DNA of 64,000 nucleotides from Alphaproteobacteria bacterium (GTDB lineage Bacteria; Pseudomonadota; Alphaproteobacteria; JAGOMX01): NCBI GenBank assembly GCA_017993335.1, contig JAGOMX010000004.1, positions 1,185 to 65,184 of the forward strand, read 5' to 3'. Shown piece by piece: positions 58,582 to 64,000 of this stretch (position 1 is its first letter; each line of letters starts with the position of its first letter). The notes under the pieces were generated by a model. It saw only the letters and a program-made list of their open reading frames with translations, ran no database searches and was not told where the DNA came from. The position numbers and the translations under genes were made by a program.

Positions 58582-59303
58582 TTCTTACCTCTTTACCTGT
58601 GCCGAATGAAACAATGGCTCTGCGCGAGGATCTGAAACTTGCTTATCGTATTTTTTCCCATTTAGGGTGGGATGATTTGACGTATACGCATATTTCCGCG
58701 CGTTTGCCAGGATCGGATACTTTTTTTATACAACCCTTTGGTTTGTTATTTGAAGAAGTTGTGCCGGAATGTTTGATTGAATTATCTATGGATGGCAAGA
58801 CGTTGCATGATGTGCATAGTACCTTTAATCATACAGGCTATGTGATTCATGGTTCTATCTATAGTCGCCGGCCTGATATTCATGCCATTATTCATTTGCA
58901 TACGGTTGATGGTGTAGCTGTATCCGCTATGCAGGAAGGTTTGATGCCTATGAGCCAGTTTGCCTTACATTTCTATGAAAAGCTTAGCTATCATGACTAT
59001 GGCTCCTTAGCCTTGCAATTCCATGGTCAGGGCGATGCGTTGGCTCAAGATTTGGGTCAAAATAAGGCCATGATGTTGAGTAATCACGGGACGTTGACTT
59101 GTGGGTCTAATTTGGCGGAAGCTGTTCTGTATGCGTACTTTTTAGAAAAAGCTTGTCAGGTGCAGGTTAGGGCCATGAGTGGTGGAAAAGGTGTGATTAT
59201 GCCTTCCCATGAAATTTGTAAGAAAGCCGCACGAGAATTACGGGAGTTTGAGCCTGATTTTGGTGCTCGTGATTGGAAAGCGTGGAAGCGCAAATTGGGC
59301 TGA
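58578..59303 (+). CDS. class II aldolase / adducin N-terminal domain protein
   Basis: DLKLAYRIFSHLGWDDLTYTHISAR...IHLHT... metal-binding His pattern of class II aldolases. Confidence 0.8.
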   Translation: MILTSLPVPNETMALREDLKLAYRIFSHLGWDDLTYTHISARLPGSDTFFIQPFGLLFEEVVPECLIELSMDGKTLHDVHSTFNHTGYVIHGSIYSRRPDIHAIIHLHTVDGVAVSAMQEGLMPMSQFALHFYEKLSYHDYGSLALQFHGQGDALAQDLGQNKAMMLSNHGTLTCGSNLAEAVLYAYFLEKACQVQVRAMSGGKGVIMPSHEICKKAARELREFEPDFGARDWKAWKRKLG

Positions 59304-59331
59304 ATCTTGCGCGTTTGAAAGCAAAAAGTTC

Positions 59332-59361
59332 TTGACCCCGCGAGGGGTTTTGGGCTATATA
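59332..59361 (+). promoter_or_regulatory. putative sigma-32 (RpoH)-type heat-shock promoter for groES-groEL
   Basis: CTTGAC -N18- CTATAT resembles the alphaproteobacterial sigma-32 consensus CTTG-N17/18-CYTATNT. No CIRCE inverted repeat was seen. Confidence 0.4.
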
Positions 59362-59447
59362 AATAGTGCCTGTTGGTATGGGATGCCAATTGTGGGTCCT
59401 GACCAGCAACGTCTTTAGTCTAAAACTGATAGAGATGGAGTAAACTC

Positions 59448-59747
59448 ATGAATTTCAGACCGTTATACGACCGTGTACTTGCTCGCCGTATTGAGCAAGA
59501 AACTAAAACCCCTGGTGGGATTATCATTCCTGATTCAGCAAAAGAAAAGCCCGTTGAGGCTGAGATCATTGCTGTTGGAACAGGTGCTCGTGATGAATCC
59601 GGTAAACATATCCCTATGGAAGTTAAGCCTGGCGACCGCGTTTTATTCGCAAAATGGTCCGGCACCGAAGTTAAGCTGAACAACGAGGAATTCCTCATTT
59701 TGAAAGAATCCGATATCTTGGGTATCGTTTCAAACAAAGCTGCTTAA
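59448..59747 (+). CDS. groES: co-chaperonin GroES
   Basis: [35 protein letters not shown] is canonical GroES. Confidence 0.95.
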   Translation: MNFRPLYDRVLARRIEQETKTPGGIIIPDSAKEKPVEAEIIAVGTGARDESGKHIPMEVKPGDRVLFAKWSGTEVKLNNEEFLILKESDILGIVSNKAA

Positions 59748-59771
59748 TTACAAAGAAAATCAAGGAGATAA

Positions 59772-61415
<1,644 letters not shown>

Positions 61416-61457
61416 GGTTTGCCGCAGGCCCCCATGGGGCTTACGCTAAATAAGTAA

Positions 61458-61492
61458 AGCCCCGCTGGTTATGTCAGCGGGGCTTTTTTTTT
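61458..61492 (+). terminator. rho-independent terminator of groESL
   Basis: agccccgctg-gttatgt-cagcggggct followed by T9. Confidence 0.8.
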
Positions 61493-61530
61493 AAAGAGTA
61501 CCGAGGGGTATTTCGGTGCTTTTTCTGTGG

Positions 61531-62133
61531 TTAATTGTAACGGTATTGAGCGTTGGCTTTTTGTAGCTCAGCATTTGCGGCTGCTGCCTGTCGGCGTAGC
61601 TCTTCAGTAGTCAAATGGTCATTGCCGTGAAGGAGAAGGGCTGGTGCTAGAGTTCTACTGTGGTTTTCCTGCTCCAACATTTGTAAGGCATACTGGTTGA
61701 CTACTTGCTCAAAATTCTCTCCTCTTATTTGAAGTTCCCTCATCTGTATTGTATCGAGGAGCCGCATTCTATTATCAGCTTTATTACGATCAAGTTGCTT
61801 GCGAAATTCTTGTAGATCACACTCTCTTGTTCCCTGAAGTTGACATTTCTTTAGCAATGTCGAAAGAGATAAGGTGCCGTCTTCATAAAGAAAATAGAGA
61901 TCGTATTCATTTTTAATTTGCTCGAAGAAATTGGAATCGCTGCTGTTGTTTATTTTTGTCAGTAGATCCTCAATTTTTTTCTGCTGGGGATCCACCGTCG
62001 TCGGCAAGCTAGCGGATATGGCCGGTCTATTGGCGAGACCGTCCTGATTTAGATTTGATGCGAGGGCTGATTCAGAAGCTACAAAGCCTAAAAGAAGAGC
62101 CGCTAGTGGTAGGGTCTTGTTCATCATGTTCAT
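61531..62133 (-). CDS. secreted hypothetical protein (200 aa)
   Basis: Signal peptide MNMMNKTLPLAALLLGFVASESALA. Q/E-rich helical body with no recognisable motif. Confidence 0.6.
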   Translation of the reverse strand: MNMMNKTLPLAALLLGFVASESALASNLNQDGLANRPAISASLPTTVDPQQKKIEDLLTKINNSSDSNFFEQIKNEYDLYFLYEDGTLSLSTLLKKCQLQGTRECDLQEFRKQLDRNKADNRMRLLDTIQMRELQIRGENFEQVVNQYALQMLEQENHSRTLAPALLLHGNDHLTTEELRRQAAAANAELQKANAQYRYN

Positions 62134-62210
62134 TTTCCTGTATAAAATTAATATTAGTAATAATCCTTATAATCCTTATATAGTGTTCATTTTTATTATT
62201 TCAAGTGTTT

Positions 62211-63902
62211 TTATTTCGGAGTGTTGGCAATTTTGCAGGCATCGTTCCAGGCTTGTATGGGGCTGGCTCCGCCATGACCCATTTTTTCTGCATCAAATGT
62301 TGCGTATCCAAGTCTGCGTTGCGAGGAATCGTTTGGTTTGAAAGCGGATTTGAGGATTATGTCTTTTATTTCAATCATGGTGAGTTGGGGAAAATATTTT
62401 CCTAAAACGACAGCCAGAGATGCAACCCTTGGTGATGCAAAGGATGTTCCTTCTGCACCATCCCTCTTTTTGTATGGGATTCGATTCTCATCTAGGATTT
62501 TTGCCTCCATAACATAACCAAGGCAAAATATGGTGTGGTCTTTAGCAACTCCAGCTAAATTGGTGTATTCAGCTGGTTTATTCCCTTTGGCAAATCCATA
62601 GGCGCCAACAATCAGAAGACGTTTTGACAGTTCGGGATATTTTTCGAGGTTATCACGGATGGAAATATTGCCTTCATCCGTGACGGTCTTATTTTCACCG
62701 AGTACATTTTTCTCATTTCCCGCGGCGATAACCAGTAACATATCGTGATCATGGAGTATTTGTGTGAGTTTAGCAACAAGGGCATCGGCGTCTTCCGCTT
62801 TGGCCTCAAAGGATAACGACATGTTTAAGACTCGTGGCAGGGGGAGCTGCTTTTCTTTGCAATACATAATGGATTTTTGAATATTTTCGAGTAGATCTTG
62901 ATTTAAGGAATGATGCATCTCTTTACTTCGAAAGTGTGTACTCGTCTTTAATAAGGCGTTTTGTGTGTTTAACAAAATTATTGTATCACCGTTAGATTTT
63001 ACAAGAGTTGTAAGATTTTTTATTGTAGTGAGTAGCCTTTCAAATTTTCTTATGGTTTTTTTGTTGTGAGAAAAAGCTTCAATGGGCAAAACTTTTGCAC
63101 CATAAGCTAAGGTTTTTTGAGTTGGGTCCATAGAGGCCGCGCATGCGGAAACTAAACTGCCGTGAGCCATGTCATCTTCAAGATATTTTTCATCGAAAGA
63201 TTCATCCCAGTCTTCCATGTTGACCCCTGCATCGGGTTCAAAATTTGAATCTATAACGATCATGGTTGTATCAAAACCATTTATGTTATTTTTTGAAAAA
63301 ACACTATGGGCGAGCAACCAGGGGTGATGAAATTCATAGAATTCGAATCTGCCATTTATTTCTTTTACCGCTTGGTTTTCTGTTTTTTGAATCAATTCAA
63401 CTGGAGTGCCCTCTGTTGCGTGGATCTGAACGGGTTGGCGGTATAAGGCTTCCTTTAATTGATTATCGGGCAGAATTGCCAACAAAGCCATGATCTTTGT
63501 TTCGTTAAATTGTGGCAGAATCATTTTAATGTCATTGACTGCATTTTGTATATGTTCTGCATTAAAGGCTGGCCTTATTCTTTGTATGTTTTGGCAAATA
63601 AACCAATATTCTAAATCTGGCCGCCCCCATTGTTTAAAGGTTTCCCATAGATTTTGGCGCTCTTGTGCGTCGGGAATGAATAAAAGACTTTTTTCCAAAG
63701 ATGGGAATTGTTCCAGCGTTAATGGCTTGGGTGCTGGATAATAAGGGTAATATCCGCCGCCATAATATGCTTGTTGTGGATAAGCGTAGGCATAAGTGGG
63801 TGAATATGATGGATAATAGGATGCCGTACCTATGCTTGGTATTAATCCACAGATCAAGATTATGTAAAATAAACGCACCAAAACAATCTCCATACAAAAC
63901 AC
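62211..63902 (-). CDS. divergent secreted S8-family (subtilisin-like) serine peptidase with Tyr/Pro/Gly-rich low-complexity N-terminal segment
   Basis: All four subtilase motifs are present in order: D (TMIVIDSNF), H (DDMAHGSLVSACAAS), oxyanion N (LVIAAGNE) and S (EGTSFASPRVASLAVVL). Signal peptide followed by SYYPSYSPTYAYAYPQQAYYGGGYYPYYPAP. Confidence 0.7.
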   Translation of the reverse strand: MFCMEIVLVRLFYIILICGLIPSIGTASYYPSYSPTYAYAYPQQAYYGGGYYPYYPAPKPLTLEQFPSLEKSLLFIPDAQERQNLWETFKQWGRPDLEYWFICQNIQRIRPAFNAEHIQNAVNDIKMILPQFNETKIMALLAILPDNQLKEALYRQPVQIHATEGTPVELIQKTENQAVKEINGRFEFYEFHHPWLLAHSVFSKNNINGFDTTMIVIDSNFEPDAGVNMEDWDESFDEKYLEDDMAHGSLVSACAASMDPTQKTLAYGAKVLPIEAFSHNKKTIRKFERLLTTIKNLTTLVKSNGDTIILLNTQNALLKTSTHFRSKEMHHSLNQDLLENIQKSIMYCKEKQLPLPRVLNMSLSFEAKAEDADALVAKLTQILHDHDMLLVIAAGNEKNVLGENKTVTDEGNISIRDNLEKYPELSKRLLIVGAYGFAKGNKPAEYTNLAGVAKDHTIFCLGYVMEAKILDENRIPYKKRDGAEGTSFASPRVASLAVVLGKYFPQLTMIEIKDIILKSAFKPNDSSQRRLGYATFDAEKMGHGGASPIQAWNDACKIANTPK

Positions 63903-63955
63903 TAGATAACTACAACTATAATTTATATGGGGTTTAGAGTCTGAATTGTCAATAG

Positions 63956-64000
63956 TACAAACAGGGCCTACGCATGAAAAATTTAAAGAGGAAGTGCCTC
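63956..64000 (+). repeat. partial copy of a short repeat (acagggcctacgcatgaaaaat...) also present at about 4911-4950; truncated by the window end
   Basis: acaaacagggcctacgcatgaaaaatttaaagaggaag compared with ctaacagggcctacgcatgaaaaattaaagagaggaag. Confidence 0.6.

Overview
This 64 kb window is chromosomal DNA from a moderately AT-rich alphaproteobacterium. The lineage call rests on gene order: rpsF-rpsR-DUF2232-rplI-dnaB-alr-mlaEF-radA-cvpA, recF-gyrB and dnaG-rpoD. About two thirds of the window is well-conserved housekeeping genes: acnA, tRNA-Leu(UAG), tig, recF, gyrB, tatD, rpsD, radA, dnaB, rplI, rpsR, rpsF, dnaE, dnaG, rpoD, groES/groEL and others. The rest is accessory. It includes a hipBA toxin-antitoxin pair, two Sel1-repeat proteins, an LRR protein, a secreted protein with an F-box-like motif, a secreted SAM-dependent methyltransferase, a divergent secreted S8 subtilase with a Tyr/Pro-rich low-complexity N-terminus, and several orphan secreted or membrane proteins grouped in three islands (about 4.7-8.4 kb, 30.8-34.6 kb and 39.4-49.8 kb). 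Eukaryote-like domains (Sel1, LRR, F-box-like), signal peptides and compositional heterogeneity suggest a host-associated, possibly amoeba-associated or intracellular, lifestyle; this is inference only. The most striking thing, and one that gene annotation does not explain, is a dense network of intergenic repeats. One family is a compound palindromic element of about 200 bp placed exactly at gene ends (4-5 copies). A second is a palindromic element of about 170 bp (2 copies plus a fragment). A third is a 142-bp MITE-like element with 16-bp terminal inverted repeats and perfect 5-bp target-site duplications (2 copies); one copy is inserted inside a copy of the second family, and in that case the empty site is present elsewhere in the window. 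Separately, 77-bp direct repeats and an IS5-family transposase remnant bracket a 716-aa secreted orphan protein. No CRISPR array or rRNA is present, and tRNA-Leu is the only RNA gene identified.
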